From Saccharolobus islandicus REY15A (GTDB lineage: Archaea; Thermoproteota; Thermoprotei_A; Sulfolobales; Sulfolobaceae), in assembly GCF_000189555.1 (NCBI RefSeq), contig NC_017276.1: 64,000 nt of DNA; one strand, 5' to 3'. How positions within the stretch are numbered: the stretch's first letter is position 1; every line of letters starts with the position of its first letter. Of this stretch, positions 19,703 through 30,038 are shown piece by piece. Position numbers and translations under genes: made by a program. The notes below the pieces were generated by a model. It ran no database searches and was not told the origin of the DNA. It worked only from the letters and a program-made list of their open reading frames with translations.

Positions 19703-21064
19703 TTATTTAACTTTTTTGTATATTACTATATTTATTATAATTAATGAGATAATTGAGAAAATTAGAGAGTAATATACGTTAGCAAAGAATACCAATAAAG
19801 CGGCTACGCCTATAATTGAGTTTATTTCTATTTCCCTTATTAGTAGCGATAATGGATCCGCAATCCTTATTCCTTTTCCTTTAATAACATTATTATACGA
19901 TATGAAAAGACTAAGTTCCACACTAGCTATTAATGACGGTAACATAATCAGACTTAAATAAGCGTGATTAAAAAATGAAAAGATTAGAACATCTATCAGA
20001 TAGATTATCAAAATAATTAATAGTTTCGAAATATAAGAGCTTCTTAACCCTGATGGTAGGGATAGTAATAGTTGAATTCCAGAGGCTTCAAGTAATATTA
20101 GCATTATTGAGGATGTTGTTATCATAAAGATTGTATAAAAGATCGCATAAATGGGCACAAAAAACGAGAAAATGAATGCAAATACGGGTATGGTTAGTAA
20201 GAAACTAGCTTGAGGCACTCTAAGAAGACCCTTGATATCTTTATGAAGATATGTTATTAATGGAGACTGCAATTTTATACTATATTTTGTAGAATAATGA
20301 GAAGTAACCCTAAATGATAAGAATTTCAAGGCTTGATTATATGCAAAGACTATGGAAAGACCAGTGTAAAGCAGGGAGAGTAAAAGACCCTCAACATTTA
20401 AGAAACCAAAAGGAAAGATCAGTAAAATGTAGGGGGGAAGAATTAGGTATCTAAAGGTAAAACCGTAAGGTAGTATTATAAATATTATCCAAATTAGCGA
20501 TGTTCCTACCCTAAATAGCGCAGAAGTTATTCCTAATCTTATTCTTTTCCCCAGGAGTATTACCAACGCAAAGGAAAGTGAAAAGAAAAATACTATTTCA
20601 AGTTCAGCCATAAGGGCTTGTAAAACAGAAAGTGTTATTATATAAGTAGAAATAGGAGCAATTACTATCGATGCTAAAAAACCATAGTAAAAAAATTCAA
20701 ATATACCTCTTAATACAGCAATATTTATATCTCTCTCAGTAAGAGGAAGCGATAGTAAGAAAGTTTTTAGATCATAATTTGTTACGAAGAAAATTACATT
20801 CAATCCGGTAGTGAAAATATTGGCAAGTATAATTAAATCTAGAAATATAAAGGAAAAAGGAGCATCTTTATTTATTATAGAGATAGATGCCGAAACTACG
20901 GTTGCTATGGTGTATGCAATAATATTACTTATCTTGATTGTAACTGCATTTCTCTTGATTTTGCTAATCGCATCTGGCTTAGGTGATAAACCAAAAGACC
21001 TGCTTGTATACATTAAATAGATTATTTGCTTGTAAACCACATCATGAATCTTTACGTTACTCAT
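19703..21064 (-). CDS. ABC exporter permease
   Basis: Polytopic membrane protein overlapping an ABC ATPase gene. Confidence 0.75.
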   Translation of the reverse strand: MSNVKIHDVVYKQIIYLMYTSRSFGLSPKPDAISKIKRNAVTIKISNIIAYTIATVVSASISIINKDAPFSFIFLDLIILANIFTTGLNVIFFVTNYDLKTFLLSLPLTERDINIAVLRGIFEFFYYGFLASIVIAPISTYIITLSVLQALMAELEIVFFFSLSFALVILLGKRIRLGITSALFRVGTSLIWIIFIILPYGFTFRYLILPPYILLIFPFGFLNVEGLLLSLLYTGLSIVFAYNQALKFLSFRVTSHYSTKYSIKLQSPLITYLHKDIKGLLRVPQASFLLTIPVFAFIFSFFVPIYAIFYTIFMITTSSIMLILLEASGIQLLLSLPSGLRSSYISKLLIILIIYLIDVLIFSFFNHAYLSLIMLPSLIASVELSLFISYNNVIKGKGIRIADPLSLLIREIEINSIIGVAALLVFFANVYYSLIFSIISLIIINIVIYKKVK

Positions 21065-21789
21065 TCCAATCCCTTCAGTATATCCTTTATCTCCTCATCT
21101 AATCCAGTAACGGATAGGAAAACGTCTTCAAGAGATCTCCCAGCTTCTCTAATGTTATCTGAAGAAGCCTCCATTACCATTATTCCTCTATTCATTATAC
21201 CTATTCTATTACAGATTTTTTCTGCAACTTCCATTATATGCGTGGAAAACAATACTCCACCTCCATTCTTAACATGATTCTGAATTAGTTCCTTAAGGAC
21301 TTTAACCGATAGAACATCTAACGCGTTGAAAGGTTCATCAAGGATTAATAATTTAGGTTCATGAATTAAGGATAATAATATAGAAACTTTTTGTTTATTC
21401 CCCATAGATAAGGAGGCTATGGGTGTATTCATGAACATTTCTAAGGAAAATGCCCTAATTAACGCATTTATTCTGTTCAGATCTTTAATTCTTCTTAAAC
21501 TTGAGACGAAACTTATTATCTCAGCCGGTGTCATGTATTCATAAAGAGCTGGTTGTTCAGGAACATAACCAACGTAATTTTTCACAATTTTGTCCTTATT
21601 ACTAATTCCTAAGATTTCTATCCCACCCACAAAAGGTATCATATCCATTATGGCCTTCAACGTACTGCTTTTCCCAGCTCCATTAGGACCTAAAAGACAA
21701 TATACTTCTGAGTTTATAGAAAAACTTAGCGAATAAACTGCAACAAAAGAGCCATATTTCACTGTAAGGTTTCTAACATTTAAGAGCAT
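21061..21789 (-). CDS. ABC transporter ATPase (export type)
   Basis: GPNGAGKS, LSMGNKQK, ILDEPF, STH. Confidence 0.92.
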   Translation of the reverse strand: MLLNVRNLTVKYGSFVAVYSLSFSINSEVYCLLGPNGAGKSSTLKAIMDMIPFVGGIEILGISNKDKIVKNYVGYVPEQPALYEYMTPAEIISFVSSLRRIKDLNRINALIRAFSLEMFMNTPIASLSMGNKQKVSILLSLIHEPKLLILDEPFNALDVLSVKVLKELIQNHVKNGGGVLFSTHIMEVAEKICNRIGIMNRGIMVMEASSDNIREAGRSLEDVFLSVTGLDEEIKDILKGLE

Positions 21790-21835
21790 TATATAAATAC
21801 ACGTATCACACTATTATTAACCTTTAATCTTTAAG

Positions 21836-22546
21836 CTAGCTTTGATTCATGAATTTGGACAGCAACCTATTTACCTTTTCTTCTATTTTCTTTATTCTCC
21901 TCTCATTTGGATCATCATCCTCGTAAAATCCAAATAAGCCTCTCATTTTCATAAATATTACATCCCCAATTCTTTCTATCTTAGGCTCGTAGCCAATTCT
22001 AGTAATCCTATAAAGACCTTGGGCTTTTTCACTACCTATTGGTGCTACCATGATCCCGTTTTCCTTAAGTTGCTCGTATAACTTACAAGGTATAGTCGGC
22101 GCAGCAGCCCATATTACGATTCGGTCATAAGGAGCCTCTCTCTCATATCCTAAACTTCCATCCATCTTAATTAATTTAATTAGGGGGTATCTGATCAGAA
22201 GAACATTTTTAGCGTACTCAAACATCGTATCATCGATTTCGATAGATACAACATTATTCTCACCAACTACTTCAGCTATCAGTGCTGTGTAATAACCTAT
22301 ACCAGTACCTATCTCTAAAACCTTCTGATTTTCTTCTAAATTAAGAATATCAAGAATATATATGCCTAAACTTAGCGCCGTTGTCGTAATGTTAGGTGTC
22401 ACGTAAAAGGGTTTATCTATATAATTTGGGTCATATGCGTATTTCTTCAATAGTTGCGGCAAAAAGTCTTCTCTATTAACCTTGATAAATGCATTAGCCA
22501 ACTTTGAATTTTTTATAGATCTTAATAAGTCTTCTTTTGCACTCAT
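21836..22546 (-). CDS. pcm: Protein-L-isoaspartate O-methyltransferase
   Basis: VNREDF, VLEIGTGIGY, DGSLGY...APYDRI. Confidence 0.9.
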   Translation of the reverse strand: MSAKEDLLRSIKNSKLANAFIKVNREDFLPQLLKKYAYDPNYIDKPFYVTPNITTTALSLGIYILDILNLEENQKVLEIGTGIGYYTALIAEVVGENNVVSIEIDDTMFEYAKNVLLIRYPLIKLIKMDGSLGYEREAPYDRIVIWAAAPTIPCKLYEQLKENGIMVAPIGSEKAQGLYRITRIGYEPKIERIGDVIFMKMRGLFGFYEDDDPNERRIKKIEEKVNRLLSKFMNQS

Positions 22547-22846
22547 ACTTATTAACTATTTGAAGATATTTTTTAATAAATATGATGATAGACTCCCGAC
22601 CTAAAAGAAGATACTCCTACGGTTGCAAATTCAAGTCTATTAGAGGCGAAGCATGTAGTGCCTTCTCGATCCTACTTTGCGGATTTCTTCAGTTTTTATC
22701 AACACTAATCTAAAATTTACTTTTTAATCAACACTTAATTTTGAATTTAAGAAAAATTAACGAGTCCAATATCTAAGAAAGTTGAAGGATTCAACAAAGC
22801 ATCTCGACCTTGAAAATTTAAATAATAGGCATGTGCTATTTCCTTT

Positions 22847-23512
22847 ATGGTGGAAAATAGTGAAAAGTTATGGAATTCTATCCAAGATATTTACTCTTCA
22901 ATCCTTAAACACCCATTTATTCTTGAACTGGTTGAAGGAACTCTAAGTAGAAATAAATTCGAGTACTATATCATTCAAGATTATCTGTATTTGAGGGAGT
23001 TCTCTAAGGCCTTGGCTTTATTATCGGCAAAGGCTGAAGATGAGGAAAATGCTTTATTGTTTGCTATACACATACAAGATGCCATAAAGGTAGAAAAGGC
23101 CCTACATAAATTTTACATAAGTGAATTCAATTTGGATGTGGAAGATTATGAAATGAGTCCGACTAATCTAGCTTATACATCTTACTTACTTGCTGTGGCT
23201 TATTCCAGACCTTTTCATGAAGTAATATCTGCAGTATTACCTTGCTATTGGATATATATGGAAGTTGGAAAGGAATTGCTCAAAAAAGGATCTAGGGATA
23301 AATATTATCAAAAATGGATAGAAACTTATGGTGGAGAGGATTACGAAAGGGGAGTTAGGGCAGTATTGGGTATTGTGAATGGTCTGAAAGTTAGTGAAGA
23401 GGAATTTAATAAGATGAAGATTCATTTTAGAACTGCATCTATATACGAATATATGTTTTGGGACTCTGCGTATAGATTAGAGAGTTTTCCTTTCCTACAG
23501 AAAAAAAAATAA
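22847..23512 (+). CDS. tenA: TenA thiaminase II / aminopyrimidine aminohydrolase
   Basis: HPFILEL, YIIQDYLYL, catalytic LPCYWIY, EYMFWD. Confidence 0.9.
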   Translation: MVENSEKLWNSIQDIYSSILKHPFILELVEGTLSRNKFEYYIIQDYLYLREFSKALALLSAKAEDEENALLFAIHIQDAIKVEKALHKFYISEFNLDVEDYEMSPTNLAYTSYLLAVAYSRPFHEVISAVLPCYWIYMEVGKELLKKGSRDKYYQKWIETYGGEDYERGVRAVLGIVNGLKVSEEEFNKMKIHFRTASIYEYMFWDSAYRLESFPFLQKKK

Positions 23513-23536
23513 AGGAGTGTAACTAACTTACATTTT

Positions 23537-24691
23537 ATGGATAAACTGCTACTTCATGTAGGTCCTACTACTATCAAGGAGGATGTTTTAATAGCAGGGC
23601 TTGAAAACAACGTTGGTTTTACGTCTAAAGAATTTGTAGAGGCACTCTCATATTCGTTAAAAGGATTAAGATACGTAATGGGGGCAAGCAAGAGTTATCA
23701 GCCATTAATAATCCCCGGAGGCGGTACCTCCGCTATGGAAAGCATCACGTCATTACTCAAACCTAATGATAAAATACTAGTGGTTTCTAATGGTGTCTTT
23801 GGTGATAGGTGGGAGCAAATATTCAAGAGATATCCAGTTAATGTAAAGGTATTAAGACCTTCTCCCGGAGGTTACGTTAAACCAGAGGAGGTAGAGGAAG
23901 AGGTTAGAAAAGACAACTATAAGTTAATAACACTAACTCACGTAGAGACCAGTACTGGAGTTAGAGAACCCGTAAAAGATGTAATAAATAAGATTAGAAG
24001 ATATGTGGAATTGATAGCAGTAGATGGAGTATCAAGTGTTGGGGCTGAGGAAGTTAAAGCTGAAGAATGGAACGTTGACGTTTACTTGTCAGCCAGTCAA
24101 AAGGCGTTAGGTTCCTCAGCTGGTTTAGGCTTATTATTACTTTCTCCTAAGGCCGTATCAATATTAGATTCACAAGACTCAATTGCTGGATATTATTTGA
24201 ATTTAAAGAATTGGTTACCAGTTATGAGAGCGGTTGAAGAGGATAAAGCTGCATACTTTGCTACCCCACCAGTTCATGTAATTTTACAGTTAGCTGAAGC
24301 CTTTAGACTGATAGAGAAGGAAGGTATAGAAAATCGAATAAAAAGACACGAAACAGTAGCTAGTGCAATTAGAGCTGGTTTAAAAGCATTAGGATTAGAC
24401 ATAGTAGCTAGGAGACCAGAGTCCTATAGTAATACTGTAACTGGAGTACTTCTAAAGACTATTGAACCACAAAAGGTTCTCGCGGAGACTGTTAACGAGG
24501 GTGTAGAGTTTGCCCCAGGTGTTCATCCAGCATTTAAATATTTTAGAATAGGCCATATGGGCTGGGTTACCCCTAATGATGCGATAGTAGCAATAAGTGT
24601 TATTGAGAGAACCCTAAGGAGATTAGGTGAACCAATAAGGTTTGGTGAAGGGGTAAAGGCTGTAGAAGAAGTCTTGTCATCAGCCCGCTAA
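23537..24691 (+). CDS. Class V PLP aminotransferase (serine-pyruvate / alanine-glyoxylate type)
   Basis: [20 protein letters not shown] (PLP Lys), FRIGHMG. Confidence 0.9.
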   Translation: MDKLLLHVGPTTIKEDVLIAGLENNVGFTSKEFVEALSYSLKGLRYVMGASKSYQPLIIPGGGTSAMESITSLLKPNDKILVVSNGVFGDRWEQIFKRYPVNVKVLRPSPGGYVKPEEVEEEVRKDNYKLITLTHVETSTGVREPVKDVINKIRRYVELIAVDGVSSVGAEEVKAEEWNVDVYLSASQKALGSSAGLGLLLLSPKAVSILDSQDSIAGYYLNLKNWLPVMRAVEEDKAAYFATPPVHVILQLAEAFRLIEKEGIENRIKRHETVASAIRAGLKALGLDIVARRPESYSNTVTGVLLKTIEPQKVLAETVNEGVEFAPGVHPAFKYFRIGHMGWVTPNDAIVAISVIERTLRRLGEPIRFGEGVKAVEEVLSSAR

Positions 24692-24733
24692 AAGTATATC
24701 ATCAAATCTAAATCCCCGAAAATATCATCACTC
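24680..24733 (-). ncRNA. Box C/D guide sRNA
   Basis: C GTGATGA, TATTTTCGGGGATT, D' TAGA, C' TTGATGA, TATACTTTTAGCGGG, D CTGA. Confidence 0.8.
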
Positions 24734-24769
24734 TCAGTTTTTAAGATAATACCATATAATATTATAAAT

Positions 24770-25126
24770 ATGACTAATGCTAATAGTAAAGATGTTACAT
24801 TTAACGATATACTGCAATACGAGATTATCAAAAAGACTTACCAAAATATTATAACGAAGCTTAATTCTAGAAATTTAAAGTCATTAAAAGAGGGATTAAG
24901 AGAACTATTAAACTTCGTGAGAGATATAAAGAATAATATATTAGATAAAAGATTAAGAAGAATGATTCAATATCAGCAGAAATTGGCTAAAAGGCTGCTC
25001 TTGATCATAAATATAAGGTACGTAATATTCTTTATCTATAAAGTAGTAGTTAACACTTTAGTATCTAGACTTTACGAATCTATCAGAACGTTATTAGAGG
25101 AAGTAAGCAATGTTATCAGATATTAA
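24770..25126 (+). CDS. Hypothetical basic helical protein
   Basis: 118-aa ORF with an AT-rich promoter upstream. Confidence 0.6.
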   Translation: MTNANSKDVTFNDILQYEIIKKTYQNIITKLNSRNLKSLKEGLRELLNFVRDIKNNILDKRLRRMIQYQQKLAKRLLLIINIRYVIFFIYKVVVNTLVSRLYESIRTLLEEVSNVIRY

Positions 25127-25565
25127 GTAATGATTCCTTAAGACACTCTTCCACTATTTTAGCATCACTTTCAGGAATAGGCCTCTTGAGGTTTGCAGGG
25201 GCATTTCTAAGGTATTTAGCTATCTGCCCTTTATCTTCAATAAATCTTATCTTATCTAAAATTTTTTTCATATCACACTCTCCAATTACAACAGGTTCTA
25301 CTTTAACTCTATAAACGTATATTCCCTTATTCCTTACTGTCTCCTCTGGATATATTGGTGTCTGATCCTCATACCAGTTTGAAAGCACTTTTACTATACC
25401 TACAATCTTTCCCCCATATCTTTTAGCATAGTACTTACTAACGTATATAATAATGTAGTCGCCTTCTTTTATGTATTCCTCTAGATTTTCTTTGTAACCA
25501 TAGACTCCCTTATCTCTAATTATATCCCACATGTCCTCTTGTATTGGTACTAACCAGTAGGTCAC
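25116..25565 (-). CDS. EVE (PUA-like) domain protein; probable start GTG 25565
   Basis: TYWLVP..W, IKEGDYIIIYVS, IVGIVKVLS.WY.D..PIYP, YRVKVEP. Confidence 0.8.
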   Translation of the reverse strand: MTYWLVPIQEDMWDIIRDKGVYGYKENLEEYIKEGDYIIIYVSKYYAKRYGGKIVGIVKVLSNWYEDQTPIYPEETVRNKGIYVYRVKVEPVVIGECDMKKILDKIRFIEDKGQIAKYLRNAPANLKRPIPESDAKIVEECLKESLLNI

Positions 25566-25775
25566 AGAATGCAATAGTATTTTAAGAATATAAGATTTAC
25601 TAAACACTTGATAAAAAGCATTGCCTTATACAACAACTCCTATAATTACGTAATAATACCAAAATGGAGCACTTTTAACTTTACGGGGGTTAAGGGGGCG
25701 AAAGTCCCATTCCGTGAGGGATGGATAGCCCCCTTATAGAAACCTTTTTATAGTTATTAAAAAATAGATATAACT

Positions 25776-26183
25776 ATGCGGTACAGATTGGACAGAGGAT
25801 CCCATTCAGTTTACGCTCTTTATTACCACTATGTCCAAGTGGTGAAGTACCGCAGAAAGGTGTTCGATAATGAAGAGATTATAAACTTCCTAAAGGAACA
25901 AATTCAGGAAATAAGCAAAACATTCGAAGTTGAAGTCATAGACATAGGAGTAGACAAAGACCACTTCCACATGTTATTCAAAGCAAAACCAACCCTGAAT
26001 ATACCCAGATACGTGAACGCAATCAAGACCATCACGTCTAGAGAAATACAGAGAAAATTTCCACAAGTAAAGGAAAAACTGTGGAAAGGACACTTCTGGT
26101 CACCATCTTATTTCCTAGCAACGAGCGGACAAGTAACACTGGAGGTACTGAAAAAATATGTGGAGAGCCAAGGAGAAGAGTGA
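25776..26183 (+). CDS. tnpA: IS200/IS605 Y1 (HUH) transposase
   Basis: HSVYALYYH, KDHFHML (HUH), FWSPSYF, KKYVESQ (catalytic Tyr). Confidence 0.95.
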   Translation: MRYRLDRGSHSVYALYYHYVQVVKYRRKVFDNEEIINFLKEQIQEISKTFEVEVIDIGVDKDHFHMLFKAKPTLNIPRYVNAIKTITSREIQRKFPQVKEKLWKGHFWSPSYFLATSGQVTLEVLKKYVESQGEE

Positions 26184-27363
26184 TAAGACTCAACTCTCAT
26201 TCAAGTACAAGATTTACCCAACGAGAGAAGTGGAGGAGAAACTCATCAAAGTGATGCAAATTGAGGCTAAAGTATACAATGCCTTGCTAGACGTGGTGAA
26301 TAACGCGAGGAAAGAAGGGAAAAAGATAACACCTAAAGACACTCAAAACATGCTGAAAGAGTTGAAAATAGAAGGGAAGGATCTAGTTTACTCTAAAGCC
26401 CTTCAAATGGTTAACAACCAATTATGGTACAACATCAACTCTCTTCACGAACTGAAGAAGAAAGGGAAGAAAGTGGGGAAACTGAGGTACAAGAAGATCT
26501 TGAAGATCATCAATTATAATCAATCTGGTTTCAAGGTTGAGGGAGACAAGCTGATCCTCTCAAAGATAGGAGAAATAAGAGTTCTCTTTCACAGACCGTT
26601 AGAAGGCGAGGTAAAAGGAGTTATAATAAAGAAGAGTTCAACTGGTTGGTATGCTATCTTTCAAGTTGAGGTGGAAAAGAAGCCTCTTGAGAAAACTGGG
26701 AAAGTAGTTGGGATAGACTTAGGAGTGGAGAAACTAGTAACCACCTCTGACGGTGTAGTGGTAGAGAACCCCAAGGTTTTTGATAAGGTAGAGAGGAGGA
26801 TAAAGATTTTGCAACAATCATTATCAAGGAAAAAGAAGGGATCTAGAAACTACGAGAAGATTAGGAAACAACTAGCTAAGCTTCACGAGCATGTAAAGGA
26901 CTTGATGAGTGATTATATTCACAAGGTGACTTCGTGGTTAGTAGAACAGTATGGTGAGATCTATGTGGAAGATCTTGATGTGAAGAAGATGGTTGAGGAT
27001 GGTGAAAGTAAAGTTTTGAGAAAGCATATTCTTCATTCTGACTTTTCTAAGTTTGTGAGCTATCTCTCCTACAAGGCTGAAAGAGCTGGTAGGAGGGTAG
27101 TGAAAGTAGATCCGAGGAATACTTCTAAGACGTGTGCTAAATGTGGGTACGTTAAGAAGGATTTGACTTTGGCTGACCGTGTGTTTGTATGTCCCAAGTG
27201 TGGTTGGACTGTAGACCGTGACTATAATGCTTCTCTAAATATTCTTCATGCGGGGTCGGGACAGCCCTTAGAGCCTGTGGACAGGGGACCTCTGCTATAC
27301 ATACCCTTCTCTGAGGGTGTGTATAGTAAGTTTCCTGGAAGAAGCAGGAAATCTCCATCGTGA
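26158..27363 (+). CDS. tnpB: TnpB RNA-guided endonuclease
   Basis: GIDLG, YVEDL, CAKCG..CPKCG, DRDYNAS. Confidence 0.95.
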   Translation: MWRAKEKSDKTQLSFKYKIYPTREVEEKLIKVMQIEAKVYNALLDVVNNARKEGKKITPKDTQNMLKELKIEGKDLVYSKALQMVNNQLWYNINSLHELKKKGKKVGKLRYKKILKIINYNQSGFKVEGDKLILSKIGEIRVLFHRPLEGEVKGVIIKKSSTGWYAIFQVEVEKKPLEKTGKVVGIDLGVEKLVTTSDGVVVENPKVFDKVERRIKILQQSLSRKKKGSRNYEKIRKQLAKLHEHVKDLMSDYIHKVTSWLVEQYGEIYVEDLDVKKMVEDGESKVLRKHILHSDFSKFVSYLSYKAERAGRRVVKVDPRNTSKTCAKCGYVKKDLTLADRVFVCPKCGWTVDRDYNASLNILHAGSGQPLEPVDRGPLLYIPFSEGVYSKFPGRSRKSPS

Positions 27364-27586
27364 GGTGGAGATGCCACGTCCGTAAGGCGGGGTTGTTCAC
27401 GTAGAGTTTACAGATTTATACTTAGTGAACAAGGTTCAACTTGTCTCTTATATCGCAATCTCCTTATCAATCTTAGGTATCATCTTAAGCACTATAGCAA
27501 TTATTAAGTCACTAAGAGGACATTAATTTGGTTGGAAGGAAAAAGCTATAAACATAGAGAGTGATATCACATGTTGGTTAGAAATA

Positions 27587-27919
27587 ATGATAGGTTGTAA
27601 AGATACGTCTTGTGTTAAAGATACTCTGAATGGACTCCTTAACAAATATGGTGTTAGAAAAAATGTTACAGAAATAGCATTGGAAAATATAAATGAACTT
27701 GCAATTTATAGGAATAACAAAATATTAATTAACGTGTTGAAGTATGATGAAATAGTAAATGAAGTTTCAGGAGAAAGTGAAATAGTATCGGCATTTCTTA
27801 TTTTATCATCCTTATACTCCTTGGTTGGAATAAAAAGAATGGAGGAAATAGTTAAAAATGAGTACGGAAGAGAATCACCCATATATAAACTCTATGAGAT
27901 ATTATTTAAACAAAATTAG
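27587..27919 (+). CDS. Hypothetical protein
   Basis: 110-aa ORF with typical codon usage. Confidence 0.6.
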   Translation: MIGCKDTSCVKDTLNGLLNKYGVRKNVTEIALENINELAIYRNNKILINVLKYDEIVNEVSGESEIVSAFLILSSLYSLVGIKRMEEIVKNEYGRESPIYKLYEILFKQN

Positions 27920-27963
27920 ACAATTTGTAAAAGAAAATTATAGCCGAGAATTAGAGTTGAATA

Positions 27964-28005
27964 GTGAACTGCTCTCATAGAAGGAAACCTTCGCCCCCTT
28001 CACCA
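27964..28005 (-). mobile_element. 42-bp internally deleted IS605 scar (left end fused to right end)
   Basis: TTTAA|TGGTGAAGGGGGCGAAGGTTTCCTTCTATGAGAGCAGTTCAC; 22/30 match to the LE at 25692 plus the RE tip AGTTCAC. Confidence 0.65.
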
Positions 28006-28232
28006 TTAAACACTATTTAAGCTTCAATGGTAATAGATTGCTAAGATTAATTAATAAAGTTCTGTTAATTGATTTAATAACGTTAGAAGAATTTGTATGG
28101 AAATTAAAGAATATATTCTATTTTCTGCATCAATATATGTTTACACATATTTCTCATTAATTGGGTTTTGAGCAGAATGAAATAAAAACATATGTAGGCA
28201 TGGTTCTCCAGACATATATTTATTAAAAGTAG

Positions 28233-28916
28233 CTAAGAAGAGATAGCCTTCAATGCACTTGTGATAAAATCTTCAACAACTTTCTCAGGCTCTTTAGCCT
28301 TCATGACTGCACTTGCTGCACCTATTCCATGAGCTCCTAGCTTTAACGCTTTATAAACGTCCTCACCGGTTGTAATTCCAGCACCCGCTATTAAATAGAT
28401 CCCCTCAGACTTTCTTATCTCATTCACGGCTTTTGTTATTACCTCAGGTTTGGCTTTAGATACTGAGATACCGGTTCCTATCAATTCTGGAGGCTCTATC
28501 AAAATTGCATCAGGCCTTAGTAAACTAAAGGGATAGACTAACTCATATCTGTCAACGCATAGTATACTACTCAAACCTAATTTCCTAGTTCTTTTTAATA
28601 CATCATCTATTTCATCAGCCCTTAGACGTCTCTCACTGTGATTTATCAATGTCCCTTTAGCATCTGCATCTTTTATCATTTCTGGTAATACGGCTCCCGT
28701 ATAAGCGCCTAGAGGAACTGGATCTACATGTTCAGCATAAATTGGTAAATCTACCTCTTGGACCATTCTGTAGATCATAGTAGCTGGTACTGACAATATT
28801 ATTTCAACTGAATGCTCCTTACTTATTTTTTCTATCTTTTTACCTAAGTCAATTGCCTTATTACCAAAGGAGTTTTCGTAGGCCTTAAAGTTTATTACAA
28901 TAATAGGGGGTTTCAC
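28233..28916 (-). CDS. tpiA: Triosephosphate isomerase (archaeal type)
   Basis: [29 protein letters not shown]. Confidence 0.97.
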   Translation of the reverse strand: MKPPIIVINFKAYENSFGNKAIDLGKKIEKISKEHSVEIILSVPATMIYRMVQEVDLPIYAEHVDPVPLGAYTGAVLPEMIKDADAKGTLINHSERRLRADEIDDVLKRTRKLGLSSILCVDRYELVYPFSLLRPDAILIEPPELIGTGISVSKAKPEVITKAVNEIRKSEGIYLIAGAGITTGEDVYKALKLGAHGIGAASAVMKAKEPEKVVEDFITSALKAISS

Positions 28917-28943
28917 AATAAGAAGATAATAGGGGAAATAAAT

Positions 28944-29459
28944 ATGTATTGTGGAATCGATCTAGCAGTAAGAAGGAAGACTGCAGTGGGTATCCTCATA
29001 AACAACGAGATAAAAATCATTGAACTAACAATAAATGAGGAAATTATAGAAAGTTGTAATAGAGCAAAAGTTACCGCGATAGATTCACCTCTTTCTCATC
29101 ATAACGGTTTCAGAAACGTTGACAAGGAGTTGATAAAGAGAAAGCTGAAAGTATTACCACCATCCTTTATGAAAAAACTTGTAGAAAGAGCTATCCAATT
29201 GAAGGACAGATTAAATAATGTAATCGAGACTCATCCAACGTCTTCCATGAAGTTGATTGGTTTGAATTGGAGAGAATTGCATGAGATTAAGGATTACGTT
29301 GATGCTGCATTATGTGCCATGACTGCGATGGCTTACGATTTAGGGTATGCTGAGGAAATAAAGGCTGATGATGGTACGATTTACCTACTATCAACAAAAT
29401 TTCCTTATGAGATAAAAAGGAAAAATTACTTTGAGTTTTATCTTAAAGGACCTAAATGA
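28944..29459 (+). CDS. DUF429-like protein (predicted RNase H fold)
   Basis: [33 protein letters not shown]. Confidence 0.75.
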   Translation: MYCGIDLAVRRKTAVGILINNEIKIIELTINEEIIESCNRAKVTAIDSPLSHHNGFRNVDKELIKRKLKVLPPSFMKKLVERAIQLKDRLNNVIETHPTSSMKLIGLNWRELHEIKDYVDAALCAMTAMAYDLGYAEEIKADDGTIYLLSTKFPYEIKRKNYFEFYLKGPK

Positions 29460-29634
29460 GGCAAGAGACAATTCAAGACTCCATTGCAAATTTAGTTTAG
29501 TTGATTAATTTCCTCTCTGCAAGAGTGGAACGTAGAAGTAGCCATGCCCGTTCAATAGGTTCGTGTAAAGCTTATAAGTAAAGAAAGAAAATAAGGATAT
29601 TAGAAGAAATTAATAAAATATCAGCTAATCTATT

Positions 29635-30003
29635 CTAGAATTGAAAGAAATGAGGTAAGGTAATCCCTATTAGCCCTAGAATAAATAGTATTATAATCGC
29701 AACTATTATTGCCAAAATTGCTATACCTAAAGCCTGTATCCAGCCGGTGTTAAATACCACCTTGTATACTCCTAGAAATGCTATAAATCCTATTATTACT
29801 CCAATTATTGGCGAAATGAGTGAGAATAACGCTGTGAAAATTGCATAAACTATTACTCCAATCAACGTCGCTAACATAGCCCTACCAAACGTGGTAGTTC
29901 GTGGTGCAACTACTTTTCCAGCTAACCATGTAGGTATGGAAATCACTATCCAAGCTATTATAAAAGCGATAATAGCACCTATCGAACCTAATATTGAAGG
30001 CAT
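29635..30003 (-). CDS. Small integral membrane protein
   Basis: Four hydrophobic segments. Confidence 0.75.
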   Translation of the reverse strand: MPSILGSIGAIIAFIIAWIVISIPTWLAGKVVAPRTTTFGRAMLATLIGVIVYAIFTALFSLISPIIGVIIGFIAFLGVYKVVFNTGWIQALGIAILAIIVAIIILFILGLIGITLPHFFQF

Positions 30004-30038
30004 CTGTATATATCTTAGGTAAAAAGTTTAAAAAAAGC

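Larger units (their letters stand above)
25679..27400 (+). mobile_element. Autonomous IS605-type element (tnpA+tnpB), 1722 bp
   Basis: TTTAA at 25674-25678, LE hairpin 25692-25735, right end GTTGTTCAC at 27400. Confidence 0.92.

Noticed and set aside
22581-22640. ATGATGA followed by GC-richer sequence upstream of tenA (C/D RNA or TPP riboswitch?)
   Set aside because: No convincing D/D' boxes and no TPP aptamer core; the 42-aa ORF here has no recognisable motif
27401-27526. Open frame encoding a TM-like tail right after the IS605 element
   Set aside because: Does not join in frame with the sequence before the insertion and has no start; at most an eroded remnant
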